Shown: piece by piece, positions 17,226-26,871 of the stretch
Layout: the number at the start of each line of letters is the position of its first letter
Numbering within the stretch: the first letter of the stretch is position 1
IMG/VR virus record: IMGVR_UViG_3300013286_000627
Location: 1 to 61,005 of that record
Strand: one strand, 5' to 3'
Origin: a virus
Taxonomy: Duplodnaviria > Caudoviricetes
DNA: 61,005 nucleotides
The notes under the pieces: generated by a model
Told to the model about the DNA's origin: nothing
Seen by the model: the letters and a program-made list of their open reading frames with translations, nothing else
The model's database searches: none
Program-made: the position numbers and the translations under genes

Positions 17226-18091
17226 CCTTAAATATGTCCATGCCCGGCACTATAGGTGGTGCAAAGGTAATTTTTAAAAATCAAACAATGATAGAAAAAG
17301 TCGGAATAGTAGGAATGGGTTTTGTGGGTGGCGCAATTGATCATGCTATGGGACAGGGTATTTGTAGAACAGTAGCAGTAGACCCTGCTAAAGGATACCT
17401 AAATACATATAAAGATTTAGTCGACTGCGAGGGTGTATTTGTATGTGTGCCAAGTCCACAAGGTGACGACGGGACGTGCGATACTAGTATATTAGAAGAT
17501 GTGCTAGATAATCTAAAGAAAATCAATTACCAAGGTGTAATCATTAGTAAATGCACAGCACCCCCAGATGTATATGAACGTTTAAATGATCTATATCCTA
17601 ATCTTGTTCATGCTCCGGAATTCCTAACTGCGGCAAATGCTGTGATAGATTATATGAATGGATCATTTGCTATCATTGGTGGACGAGTTTTAGCATACCA
17701 ACGTGAGGCAGAACGTCTTATTCGCATAGGACAACAAGTGCTAGGAGATAATGTCCGATATTGTAGCATAGGTGAAGCCAGTCTTGCCAAGTATGCTATC
17801 AATTGTTTCATGAGCACCAAAGTTGTCTTCATGAATGAACTGCATCAAGCGGCAAGTGCAATGGATCTAGACTTTGATAAGATTGCCCATATGATGAAGA
17901 TGGACAAGCGTATTGGCAATAGTCATATGCAAGTACCTGGCCCAGATGGAGCATTTGGTTTTGGTGGAGCATGTTTCCCAAAGGATACCAGTGCCATGTT
18001 AAAGTTTGCAGAAGAATACGGTGTTGGGTTAAATGTATTGGACGCAGCCGTTAAGAAAAATACGCTACTTAGGTTGACCGGACCTAAATAA
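17222..18091 (+). CDS. ugd: UDP-glucose 6-dehydrogenase
   Basis: GMGFVG, PEFL, GFGGACFPKD. Confidence 0.9.
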   Translation: MTLNMSMPGTIGGAKVIFKNQTMIEKVGIVGMGFVGGAIDHAMGQGICRTVAVDPAKGYLNTYKDLVDCEGVFVCVPSPQGDDGTCDTSILEDVLDNLKKINYQGVIISKCTAPPDVYERLNDLYPNLVHAPEFLTAANAVIDYMNGSFAIIGGRVLAYQREAERLIRIGQQVLGDNVRYCSIGEASLAKYAINCFMSTKVVFMNELHQAASAMDLDFDKIAHMMKMDKRIGNSHMQVPGPDGAFGFGGACFPKDTSAMLKFAEEYGVGLNVLDAAVKKNTLLRLTGPK

Positions 18092-18102
18092 TACTGTATT
18101 AT
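18074..18102 (+). promoter_or_regulatory. sigma70-type promoter for folE
   Basis: TTGACC-N17-TATTAT. Confidence 0.6.
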
Positions 18103-18110
18103 AAACAAAT

Positions 18111-18139
18111 AGGCAATCCTCTGCCTTAAAACATCGGAG
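18111..18139 (+). promoter_or_regulatory. Candidate SD-sequestering pseudoknot (preQ1-I-like architecture)
   Basis: AGGCA/TGCCT stem, loop TCC complementary to the GGA of the SD, A-rich linker. Confidence 0.4.
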
Positions 18140-18148
18140 AATAATAAA

Positions 18149-18892
18149 ATGAGTGAAAAACAAACAGGCCTAGATGCTATGCATGGTGATGGCGGATATT
18201 CAGAAGCATACTTAGGCGACCATCTTCGTTTTAAAATGAAACGTGAAGGTAAGAGATTTTGGGCAGGTGATAACATTAGTGAATACCTACACGACGGTGA
18301 CATAGAAAAACTAATTGACGAAGCAACACCAGCATTTGAACAAGTGCTAAATGCACTATTAATTGATCGTGAAAATGATCCTAACAGTAAAGGCACAGCA
18401 CGTAGACTGGCCAAAATGTATTTTAATGAAATAATGGCAGGTAGATATGATCCAGCTCCCGATGCAACCGCTTTTCCAAATGATTCGGAGGATCGTTACG
18501 AAGGTATGTTGGTGGTACGTAGTGAGTTGCGCTCTATGTGCAGTCATCATCATCAGCCCGTTAGCGGTGTCGCTTACATTGGCATCATCGCCGCACAAAA
18601 ACTTATTGGTCTTAGCAAGTATACTCGTATTGCTCAGTGGTGTGCTCGTCGAGGTACTTTGCAGGAGGAACTGTGTAACGACATTGCAAGAGAGATCGGC
18701 AAGGCAACAGGAGCAAAAGATCTAGGTGTGTATATTCAAATGATTCATGGATGCTGTGAGAATCGAGGCATTATGGCACATTCTAGTCTAACACAAACAA
18801 CAGTGTTAAAAGGTGCGTTTAAAGAAGATGGCAATACAAAAAAAGAGTTTTTTGATAACATTAAACTCCAACAAGAGTTTGCACCACGGTGA
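18149..18892 (+). CDS. folE: GTP cyclohydrolase I
   Basis: SMCSHH, IGLSK, LQE, HGCCENRG. Confidence 0.95.
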   Translation: MSEKQTGLDAMHGDGGYSEAYLGDHLRFKMKREGKRFWAGDNISEYLHDGDIEKLIDEATPAFEQVLNALLIDRENDPNSKGTARRLAKMYFNEIMAGRYDPAPDATAFPNDSEDRYEGMLVVRSELRSMCSHHHQPVSGVAYIGIIAAQKLIGLSKYTRIAQWCARRGTLQEELCNDIAREIGKATGAKDLGVYIQMIHGCCENRGIMAHSSLTQTTVLKGAFKEDGNTKKEFFDNIKLQQEFAPR

Positions 18893-18962
18893 ATACGAAT
18901 TTGGCAAAAATAGATTTGCAAAATATCGATAAATGTGTTACTATATATAACAAAGGAAACAA

Positions 18963-19691
18963 ATGAAAAACAAAGGTAAACTAAACATCCCGCAACGTCA
19001 GGTTCCAAATGCGGCTGCGTCCTTGCAACGCACAATGGGGCAACCTGCACAACAACCGGGTCAACGTCCTAGCATTATGATTGCTGTTCCAGCAATGGAA
19101 ATGGTCAATGCTGAATTTGCTCAACACTTGGCAATGGCAGCAGCCAACATGGTTGCTAACGGGATTAAGATCAACTGTGCATTCAACATTGGATCAGTTA
19201 TTACTATTGCTCGTCGTAACCTAGTTGACATCTTCTTGAAGTCAGATTTTGATTACATTTGGTGGGTCGATAGCGATATGAAGTTTCCAATTGATGCACC
19301 TATGCGTTTGTTGGCACGTAATAAAGATATTGTAGGTGCTAACTATCGTCGTCGCCGTTTCCCTAATCCTAACTTTACCGGTATGAGTGGTAAGGCAGGA
19401 TCGTTTACAGAGTTCCAAACAACAGATAATTCACCAGCAATGGAATTGATTGATGTTCTACCACATGGTATGGTTTTATGCAAACGTGAAGTTTATGAAA
19501 AAATTCCACAACCGCATTACCTACAAGAGTTTGTAAAAGAACTTAATCTTGAAATTGGTGAGGACATTTATTTTTGTCAACAGGCTCAAAAGACAGGATA
19601 TGAAGTTTGGTGTGATCAGGAACTTAGCCGCGAAGTAGCACATATCGGTATCTTCCACTTTAACTACAATTTGAGTGTTCCGCAACAATAA
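18963..19691 (+). CDS. GT-A fold glycosyltransferase
   Basis: WVDSD DxD motif, GEDIYFC, HIG. Confidence 0.75.
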   Translation: MKNKGKLNIPQRQVPNAAASLQRTMGQPAQQPGQRPSIMIAVPAMEMVNAEFAQHLAMAAANMVANGIKINCAFNIGSVITIARRNLVDIFLKSDFDYIWWVDSDMKFPIDAPMRLLARNKDIVGANYRRRRFPNPNFTGMSGKAGSFTEFQTTDNSPAMELIDVLPHGMVLCKREVYEKIPQPHYLQEFVKELNLEIGEDIYFCQQAQKTGYEVWCDQELSREVAHIGIFHFNYNLSVPQQ

Positions 19692-19705
19692 AAGAAAGGA
19701 TTCTC

Positions 19706-19870
19706 ATGTTTGAATCTATTGAAATACGCAAGGTTAAAAACGGTGTTATCGTCACTTTGCGTAGTGATGACGATGAAGATCAAGAATACGTGTATGATAC
19801 TGACCGCAAGGCTATCAAATTTGTCAAAGATCTTCTTGACGTTAAAAGCAGAGAACAAGCTCCGGCTTGA
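19706..19870 (+). CDS. Small hypothetical protein (54 aa)
   Basis: AAGGA SD; fills the gap between genes. Confidence 0.65.
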   Translation: MFESIEIRKVKNGVIVTLRSDDDEDQEYVYDTDRKAIKFVKDLLDVKSREQAPA

Positions 19871-19876
19871 TAAAAT

Positions 19877-20362
19877 ATGACAGTTAAGAAAAAATATAAT
19901 GTAGGCGATGTCGTTTGGATCTACGGTGTTCGTAGAGCTAATGATAAATCTACCCAAGGTACTGTAGTCAAATCATTTAACATTGAAGGTTATAATGATA
20001 TGCACTATGTTGTATCCATTCCTACAGAAATAGAACCTTTGCTCGAGATTCGAACATGGCAGACTATTAGTCAAACTAAAGACGGACATGTTGGTAGTTT
20101 GCGTGAAGCATTTAGTGATCCAGATGCGGCACATCGTATGTTAGCTAGGACTGGCGTAGCATTTATTTCAGATGCTGGAGAAGATTATACCGGTGATGGA
20201 CATGACGGAATGGGATCTTTTGCTGATGAGGACGATGACATTAGTACAGATGCTATCCATGCCGCTCTAGAAAAATCTCAACAGGATGCTAGCCACGGGC
20301 CGTTGGTAATTAAAGATGCCAAACCCAAGCGCCGCAATTATCCTAGAAAGAAAAAAGTTTGA
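19877..20362 (+). CDS. Hypothetical protein
   Basis: 161-aa ORF. Confidence 0.7.
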   Translation: MTVKKKYNVGDVVWIYGVRRANDKSTQGTVVKSFNIEGYNDMHYVVSIPTEIEPLLEIRTWQTISQTKDGHVGSLREAFSDPDAAHRMLARTGVAFISDAGEDYTGDGHDGMGSFADEDDDISTDAIHAALEKSQQDASHGPLVIKDAKPKRRNYPRKKKV

Positions 20363-20667
20363 ACTTAGATTTCGTCGAATTAGATAAAGTCCTCATAAAG
20401 TGGGCTTATGAGCAGCCTATGATTAAACCTACTCTACATCGAAGAGCAAATGGTCCAAATTATTGGTACCGATTGCAGTTTATAGAAGAAACTGATGGCG
20501 AGCAACGGTGGTATAATCAACATTTAACTGACTGTGTGGAATGGGCAGCTGAAAAATTAAAAGATTGGCCCGATGTTAGGCGTATGGCATTTGACATGTG
20601 GGATTTTAAATCTAAAAAAGATGCTGAAAAGTTTATAACTGTATTTCATCTATCATGGCAGCAGTAA
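20359..20667 (+). CDS. Hypothetical protein
   Basis: Overlapping operon-style ORF. Confidence 0.65.
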   Translation: MNLDFVELDKVLIKWAYEQPMIKPTLHRRANGPNYWYRLQFIEETDGEQRWYNQHLTDCVEWAAEKLKDWPDVRRMAFDMWDFKSKKDAEKFITVFHLSWQQ

Positions 20668-20975
20668 GATTTAAAGTTATTGAACGAGACGGACAAAAAC
20701 TTGTTCAGGAAATTCACAAAGTGGTTGTGCATAAATTCAGTGTTGGAGATGTTGACGATCCTGAAATTTATGCTGCAGGACCTATTTGGGATTGGCAACA
20801 AAGCGACGCTGGTCAGTTTATTATGAAAAATTCTGTAGTTAAGCCCGAATGGCGTAGACATATAGATCATTCGTTATATGGGTATCAATATGCCATAACA
20901 GCAGAACTTGAAGCAAAGAAGTTGAGTGAATTCTATTTAAGATGGGGCAAAGATGGAAGTGGTAAGATACGGTGA
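20655..20975 (+). CDS. Hypothetical protein
   Basis: 106-aa ORF. Confidence 0.7.
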   Translation: MAAVRFKVIERDGQKLVQEIHKVVVHKFSVGDVDDPEIYAAGPIWDWQQSDAGQFIMKNSVVKPEWRRHIDHSLYGYQYAITAELEAKKLSEFYLRWGKDGSGKIR

Positions 20976-21189
20976 GACCTGTACCGTTAAACAGGCAAAC
21001 TCAAGTAAAACAGTAGAAGCGGCTGTACACGAGTTTAAGGAACAAAAGAATCTAACTGTGGTCCTTAACAAAAGTGTAAAGTTGCCCATGACTTGGAATG
21101 GTAAAATGTATGAAGGTCGTATGGCCGGAATTGACTTTACCAGTGCAGGTCCTTCAATCAATAAAACAACAACAGGAATTAGAGGTTAA
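20953..21189 (+). CDS. Hypothetical protein
   Basis: 78-aa ORF. Confidence 0.65.
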   Translation: MEVVRYGETCTVKQANSSKTVEAAVHEFKEQKNLTVVLNKSVKLPMTWNGKMYEGRMAGIDFTSAGPSINKTTTGIRG

Positions 21190-21190
21190 T

Positions 21191-21370
21191 ATGAATTTTA
21201 AAATTGGCGATAAAGTGGAAAAGGTCAGTGGCTACAAGTGGCCTGGTATTGTAATAGCGGCATTTGATACACTGGCAGGTGAACGCAGAGTTGTTGTGGA
21301 ATGTACTACTCCCGAAGTAGCAGGTGCGTTACATATCTATAACGAAAAACAATTGATGCTGGTAGACTAA
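21191..21370 (+). CDS. Small SH3-like hypothetical protein
   Basis: FKIGDKVEKVSGYKWPG; GAGG SD. Confidence 0.65.
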   Translation: MNFKIGDKVEKVSGYKWPGIVIAAFDTLAGERRVVVECTTPEVAGALHIYNEKQLMLVD

Positions 21371-21371
21371 T

Positions 21372-21791
21372 ATGAAATTCTTTGAGCCGTTACGAGACAA
21401 CTTAATGGTACAGCAACAGATCGCCAATTCTTGGGAACACATGGTGGGTGTGATAATGCTGAATCAAACTAGCCGTAAACCAGTCAAAATGACTTTACCT
21501 GAATTTCTTTATTGGTTTCCTACTCCACAGGCTTTAATCAATGCCGATTCAGACTTTGTCAAAACTATACTAGCACCCCTAGGTATGACGAACGTTCGAT
21601 ATGAACGGCTAGTGCGTATGAGCCAAGATTATCTATCCTGGGACGGTGAAGATGCTAAAAAGTTATACGGCATTGGCAAATATGGTAGTGATAGTTATGA
21701 AATATTTTTCAAACAAAACTACGCAGTAGATCCTACAGATAAAGAATTAAAAAGATATTTACAAGAGGAAGTATATGAATCCATTTCGTGA
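21372..21791 (+). CDS. HhH-GPD DNA glycosylase, MBD4-like
   Basis: LNQTS, LYGIGKYGSDSYEIF, PTDKEL. Confidence 0.8.
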   Translation: MKFFEPLRDNLMVQQQIANSWEHMVGVIMLNQTSRKPVKMTLPEFLYWFPTPQALINADSDFVKTILAPLGMTNVRYERLVRMSQDYLSWDGEDAKKLYGIGKYGSDSYEIFFKQNYAVDPTDKELKRYLQEEVYESIS

Positions 21792-22143
21792 TCAAGAAAA
21801 ATTTATGAAGGCTTGCGATCAAAGTGTTGAAACTTTTAATCCCGGGCAATACGATATGTATCTCAATTTAATCGATGAAGAATTTAAAGAGCTACAAGAA
21901 GCAAGGGCGATGGGTAACGATGTCGAAGAGTTAGATGCTCTTATTGATATTCTAGTTGTTACTATTGGTGCTATTCATAGTGCTGGGTTTGATGCCGAGG
22001 GTGCTTGGAAAGAAGTTATGATGACTAACTTTGCCAAGATTGATAAAGAAACTGGCAAAGTTCGTAAACGCGAAGATGGTAAAGTATTAAAACCAGTTGG
22101 CTGGGTTCCGCCAAATTTACTACCATTTACTTCAAAAAAGTAA
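21775..22143 (+). CDS. MazG-like nucleotide pyrophosphohydrolase
   Basis: EEFKEL...ELDALID, NFAK, REDGKVLKP. Confidence 0.85.
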   Translation: MNPFRDQEKFMKACDQSVETFNPGQYDMYLNLIDEEFKELQEARAMGNDVEELDALIDILVVTIGAIHSAGFDAEGAWKEVMMTNFAKIDKETGKVRKREDGKVLKPVGWVPPNLLPFTSKK

Positions 22144-22172
22144 TTGACATCCAATCCTGTTTAGCGTATAAT
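22144..22172 (+). promoter_or_regulatory. sigma70-type promoter
   Basis: TTGACA-N17-TATAAT. Confidence 0.9.
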
Positions 22173-22197
22173 TAAATACATTAACAGGAGTTTTATT

Positions 22198-23040
22198 ATG
22201 GCACATCATACACATTATTGGAGTTGCAGTCCTTTTGCTGACTGGGTTCGTGGTACTAAAAAGCTCGGCGCTGGCACAGCAGAAGAATGGGATGAATGGA
22301 CTACTGCCGCACAAATGAAGCACAATTTTCGTTACTGGTTAGCTGAGGAAGCACTTGGACATATCCAAGATTTTGTCACCTGGCCTGTAAGGAAAATATA
22401 TGATATCAAATACTACATTAACAACCGTTGGGTTAGTCGCACTCATAGTCTTACCGCTCATGCCCGGGATATTAAACCGGGTCAATGGTGCGACGTGGGG
22501 AACCGCTTTCTGCCTTGCCTATTCAATGAGCTGGTTGATTTTGTTGAAGTAGAATCAGCATGGATGCACATTGCGTGGAGTGACGAAGGCAAAGCAAAAT
22601 ACAAAGCACCATTCTGGGCTAGTGGTTGGTTCCGTTGGAGAACTTGGCGTTGCCCGCAAGCAGGGCTGGATCACCTTGACTGGGCAATGTCTTTGACCTA
22701 TGGCAGCGACTATCCCGGTATGGTTGATGAAGATAAGCAAAACAAACCAACTCCGCAGGCAGAGCGCGCCAAGGAAATCAAAGAGCTCTACACATGGTGG
22801 ACTGTGACTTATCGTAATCGTCCTGATCCATATGATGCCAGTGGTTGGACTGATTACTGCGAAGCTGCTCGACTAGCCAACGGTGGCAAGTTGTTCTTTG
22901 GCACAGATAAAAGTCCCGAACTGAAGAAGGCCAGCGACAAGGCCCACAAACTGCTACAGAAGATGGAAGCAGCCTATGAGAAGGAAGATGAACAAATGAT
23001 GATCAGATTAATTAAGGTTCGTGGTAGTCTATGGACTTAA
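22198..23040 (+). CDS. Hypothetical Trp-rich protein
   Basis: 280 aa; AGGAG SD. Confidence 0.8.
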   Translation: MAHHTHYWSCSPFADWVRGTKKLGAGTAEEWDEWTTAAQMKHNFRYWLAEEALGHIQDFVTWPVRKIYDIKYYINNRWVSRTHSLTAHARDIKPGQWCDVGNRFLPCLFNELVDFVEVESAWMHIAWSDEGKAKYKAPFWASGWFRWRTWRCPQAGLDHLDWAMSLTYGSDYPGMVDEDKQNKPTPQAERAKEIKELYTWWTVTYRNRPDPYDASGWTDYCEAARLANGGKLFFGTDKSPELKKASDKAHKLLQKMEAAYEKEDEQMMIRLIKVRGSLWT

Positions 23041-23201
23041 TCTGCCGATGCAATGGTGAGGAGAAGTATTCGCAAGAGTACGACACCTACTATTGTGAAA
23101 CTTGTAATAAATGGTCGGAGTCCAAGTGCGATGACCCAACTTGTGAATATTGTGTCAATAGACCCGAAAGACCCCATGACCAAATTGAGCCAAAGCCATG
23201 A
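23031..23201 (+). CDS. Small Cys-rich putative zinc-binding protein (56 aa)
   Basis: CRC, CETC, CDDPTCEYC; not in the ORF track. Confidence 0.55.
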   Translation: MDLICRCNGEEKYSQEYDTYYCETCNKWSESKCDDPTCEYCVNRPERPHDQIEPKP

Positions 23202-23739
23202 ACGTAATACGTTCCAACGAGATAATTACGTAAAGCGACAAATGGAGGAAGGCAAAATACCCGATCCAGAATATATTAAGATGTATGAAAATATTAATTT
23301 CGATAAGATGATTAAAGAAGAAGATCCCAATTGGAAGAAAGATAATATGGAGTATGATCTCCGTAGCACCGATTGGATTTTAGCAAAAGTCCGTGAAAGT
23401 CGTATCTACGCTCAAAATCTCTATGCCGCAATCTGTAATAACGAATTTCAGAAATTAGATGTCATGCCCATCTTGAAGGATCAGCGTTGGGGAGCCAGTT
23501 GGAGATATGCTGGCGGTATCATTGCCGACATGCAGGAAAAGGGTGACTACATCGATTGGTATTGTAGTGGTATTCGAAACAATGATCCACTAGAACCCGG
23601 AGAATGGGAAGGTTGGACATTAGAACAACAGACCTGGTACAAAGAAGGTCAAGCATTTGTAGGCGAAAGTGTAGTCACTGATGAAATTCGAGAAGACCTT
23701 AAAAAACTAGGTTGGATTGTGATAGACAGCAATGACTAA
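23176..23739 (+). CDS. Hypothetical protein
   Basis: Likely start at MTKLSQ. Confidence 0.75.
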   Translation: MTKLSQSHERNTFQRDNYVKRQMEEGKIPDPEYIKMYENINFDKMIKEEDPNWKKDNMEYDLRSTDWILAKVRESRIYAQNLYAAICNNEFQKLDVMPILKDQRWGASWRYAGGIIADMQEKGDYIDWYCSGIRNNDPLEPGEWEGWTLEQQTWYKEGQAFVGESVVTDEIREDLKKLGWIVIDSND

Positions 23740-24037
23740 ACCTATAGTGTTATCCGAGGGAGCATGGCTTAAAATCTATAACCATATTGCCCGAACTCAT
23801 CCACCTAGCGTGTTGTTGATACGCGACAAGATGAGAGAGGTGTTGGGCTTTACTGCTAGACGACACGAAGCATGGTTGGATAGCGAAGTCGATACAAACG
23901 ATGCTAGCTACGGAACTAGATGGCGGGTGTTTAACATACATCTGGATTTCTACAATGAGCCAAAACGCACCATGTTCTTACTAAAATATAGCGAATATTT
24001 GGACAAATCTGGTAATTCCACTCTTGACATCAAGTGA
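23732..24037 (+). CDS. Hypothetical protein
   Basis: 101-aa ORF. Confidence 0.7.
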   Translation: MTKPIVLSEGAWLKIYNHIARTHPPSVLLIRDKMREVLGFTARRHEAWLDSEVDTNDASYGTRWRVFNIHLDFYNEPKRTMFLLKYSEYLDKSGNSTLDIK

Positions 24038-24052
24038 AAATGAGTGTATAAT
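24024..24052 (+). promoter_or_regulatory. sigma70-type promoter
   Basis: TTGACA-N17-TATAAT. Confidence 0.9.
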
Positions 24053-24083
24053 TGATACATACACTAGCAAATAGGAGAGAAAC

Positions 24084-25304
24084 ATGGCAGTTGTTGCAGG
24101 CATTAAGATCAAGCCCAAAGTTAAAAAAGAAAAAGTTACTAGCATTAGTATCCGTGAACACGCAAAACGCGATCACAGTCCAAAGTGGGATGGTGCAGAA
24201 ACTTGGACAGGCGAGCAGTTCCTGCGTCACTTCCAATTTGCCATGCGCTACTACCGTATGGAATCCAGCGCCAAAGAACTCAAACCCAAAGTCGTTGACT
24301 GGATGGGTCGCAATGGTTATGCCCGGGCAGATATTCAGGCTTTTAAAGATACTCGTGATGGTCGATGTGAGTTAACTACTGGTTCTGTTGCAGCCTGCCT
24401 AATCAAAGGTATGCCAGATGTGCATCCAGAGTTTAACGATGGTCGTAGCACCGTGGCTTGGCTCAAGGCAGAGATTGCCAAAGTTGTAACATCTGGTGAA
24501 TACGATGAAGTACCCGAGGAAGAAGTTAAGGCAGTTAAGACAACAACAGTAGTCTATGTTCCGACTATTCAAGATCGGCTGCGTGAAGCCGCAGGTGGTA
24601 TGAGTGAAGAACTAGATGCTGCCATTGACAGTTTTATTACCGACCCGGATGCATTTAATCCCAAAGACATCAAAGTTATTAACTTGTTAAAAGGCAAAGG
24701 TGCCAAGGCTGCGCACTCACGTATCATCAAAGGTTATTTCCAACGCGGCTACGATGAGTTGGTTGAGTTGAGCACAGGTAAAGGTGATGAACAGTTGAAA
24801 GAAGCGTTCAAACATCTGCCACGTAAGAATGTCAACAAGCTGATTGAGTTCTATGCGGCCATAATGGCCGCTTGTGAGCAGATCGCCGCAGAACAGAAAG
24901 TGTTGAAGAAGCCACGTACTGCCAAGGTCAAGCCCGCAGAAGAATTGGTTAAGAAGCTCAAGTTCATGTTGACTGACACCAAATTGGGTGTGACATCAGT
25001 GCCGCCGGCTACCATTATTGGTGCTCAAGGTGTTGTTGTGCTCAATGTCAAGACACGCAAGATCGGCGTCTACATTGCCAAGAGCAGTGAAGGCCTGGGT
25101 GTTAAGAACAGTAGTCTTACCAACTTCACTGAAAAGAGTATGCAAAAGACTCTGCGCAAGCCTCCAGAACAGGTCAAAGAAATCAAAGAGCAGAATACGC
25201 AGAAACGTTTTGAAACTTGGTTTGCCAAGAGTGTCAAGACTACAGAGACTGTGCTCAACGGAAGATTTAGTGAAGATACAATCATCTTGAAGGTGTATAA
25301 ATGA
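24084..25304 (+). CDS. Large basic hypothetical phage protein
   Basis: 406 aa; AGGAG SD. Confidence 0.85.
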   Translation: MAVVAGIKIKPKVKKEKVTSISIREHAKRDHSPKWDGAETWTGEQFLRHFQFAMRYYRMESSAKELKPKVVDWMGRNGYARADIQAFKDTRDGRCELTTGSVAACLIKGMPDVHPEFNDGRSTVAWLKAEIAKVVTSGEYDEVPEEEVKAVKTTTVVYVPTIQDRLREAAGGMSEELDAAIDSFITDPDAFNPKDIKVINLLKGKGAKAAHSRIIKGYFQRGYDELVELSTGKGDEQLKEAFKHLPRKNVNKLIEFYAAIMAACEQIAAEQKVLKKPRTAKVKPAEELVKKLKFMLTDTKLGVTSVPPATIIGAQGVVVLNVKTRKIGVYIAKSSEGLGVKNSSLTNFTEKSMQKTLRKPPEQVKEIKEQNTQKRFETWFAKSVKTTETVLNGRFSEDTIILKVYK

Positions 25305-25333
25305 TTGACTTTGCAGTAGAACCCCTGTATAAT
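25305..25333 (+). promoter_or_regulatory. sigma70-type promoter
   Basis: TTGACT-N17-TATAAT. Confidence 0.85.
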
Positions 25334-25360
25334 ATATTAAACAACTTTTAAGGAACTAAA

Positions 25361-25873
25361 ATGCTAACACTAAAAGAATGGATGGAACTTGTTGATTATC
25401 GCATCACTGAAGGTGGTGACTACAATCTATTCAGCGATAATGCCTATGCACTGACATCATGGAATGGTGATCACGATGGCTACAGTTTGGAAATCATCTT
25501 TGATACAAAGACCCAAGTGGTCTATTGTGTTGAAGCATGTGACTACAAACATCAACGTGCCTACCGATTGTTCCACGAAGATTACAAGAACGTAGATCAG
25601 ATTAAAGAAGCGTGGGACACGGTTGAGTGGTGTGACCTAGAAGTGGATGACGACTTCATACAAAAGGCATTGGCTATTGTAGCAGGTGAAGATTATGATA
25701 CTCGTGTCACTATTCCAATTGACCTGCCTGATCACGAACTGATGGCTATCTTTAAAATGGCACATGAAGCTGATATGACATTTAACGATTTTGTTGAAAA
25801 GATTCTGCGTGAGAAATTGGCAGATGAAGGTTTTGTTGCAGGGATGAAAGCAGCCCATGAAGCAGGAAAATGA
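25361..25873 (+). CDS. Hypothetical protein, possible C-terminal ribbon-helix-helix
   Basis: 170 aa; IPIDLPDHEL...MTFNDFVEKIL. Confidence 0.75.
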   Translation: MLTLKEWMELVDYRITEGGDYNLFSDNAYALTSWNGDHDGYSLEIIFDTKTQVVYCVEACDYKHQRAYRLFHEDYKNVDQIKEAWDTVEWCDLEVDDDFIQKALAIVAGEDYDTRVTIPIDLPDHELMAIFKMAHEADMTFNDFVEKILREKLADEGFVAGMKAAHEAGK

Positions 25874-26237
25874 AGACTACCTAAAACAGGTATATCCGCA
25901 GATGTTCTCGGAAGATTTCTGGGGCTTTGAGTGCAGTGACGGATGGTTTAATATCATCAATATGCTGTGTCGTAATATCCAAAGTCACCTCAAATGGAAG
26001 AAGGAAATTCCGCAGGTAGTTGTGACACAGGTCAAAGAAAAGTTTGGATCACTACGGTTCTACTATGATGGTGGTGATGAATACATTGCTGGACTTGTTA
26101 GCATGGCAGAAGCCATAAGTGAAGTCACTTGTGAAGTCTGTGGAACACCCGGCGAGACTCGTCAAGTTGGTTGGCACAAAGTATTGTGTGAAACGCATCA
26201 TCAAGAACGAGAAAAGGCTCGAAATGACACTCCCTGA
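25857..26237 (+). CDS. Hypothetical phage protein
   Basis: QVKEKFGSLRFY, CEVCG. Confidence 0.75.
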   Translation: MKQENEDYLKQVYPQMFSEDFWGFECSDGWFNIINMLCRNIQSHLKWKKEIPQVVVTQVKEKFGSLRFYYDGGDEYIAGLVSMAEAISEVTCEVCGTPGETRQVGWHKVLCETHHQEREKARNDTP

Positions 26238-26460
26238 CGAACGGTATCGTGCAGTAGTACAGACTCAAAGATTTTTATTACAGATCTTGACTACTCCTCG
26301 AGTTCCAAAAGCAATTAAAGATCAAGCAAGAAGTTGTTTGAGACATTATCCTAGCGATTGGGATATGCAAATAGTGGCTCGAGAAGTTCCGGGCGTGTTT
26401 CAAGAAAAGATGGAACCGTTGTATCGAATGGTTAAAAAATACGAACAGGATAAGGAATAG
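26224..26460 (+). CDS. Hypothetical phage protein
   Basis: MTLPDERYR...LRHYP. Confidence 0.7.
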   Translation: MTLPDERYRAVVQTQRFLLQILTTPRVPKAIKDQARSCLRHYPSDWDMQIVAREVPGVFQEKMEPLYRMVKKYEQDKE

Positions 26461-26462
26461 AT

Positions 26463-26870
26463 ATGCGTATAGGTTTGAGCTATAGTCGCTGTGTTAGAGA
26501 CATTGTAGACGGTGTTGTAGATATGCGTGATGTGTTGGTTGTTATTAGCCGCACCGACTTCGATCCACGAGACGATGCACAATGGAAGGGCATTTGGGAA
26601 GGGTATCATTACGATAATCCCGAATGGTATAACTACACCGATGAGGACGAAGCTCGTTTCCGTCAAGTTAGCATTGATTTATGGGAACAGGGCAAACTGC
26701 ACCAGCCTCGTAAGTTTGGAGCACACCCTCGCCGTATGAACTACTACTGGATGGAGGCCGGTCTATCATCACACGATATTGACAGTAATCCCGCAGTGAA
26801 GCGAGCGTGGGAACAATTTCAAATAGTTGCAGGTCTTGCAGATACAAATACAATAAAGGATAATTTTTAA
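26463..26870 (+). CDS. Hypothetical protein
   Basis: 135 aa; AAGGA SD. Confidence 0.75.
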   Translation: MRIGLSYSRCVRDIVDGVVDMRDVLVVISRTDFDPRDDAQWKGIWEGYHYDNPEWYNYTDEDEARFRQVSIDLWEQGKLHQPRKFGAHPRRMNYYWMEAGLSSHDIDSNPAVKRAWEQFQIVAGLADTNTIKDNF

Positions 26871-26871
26871 T

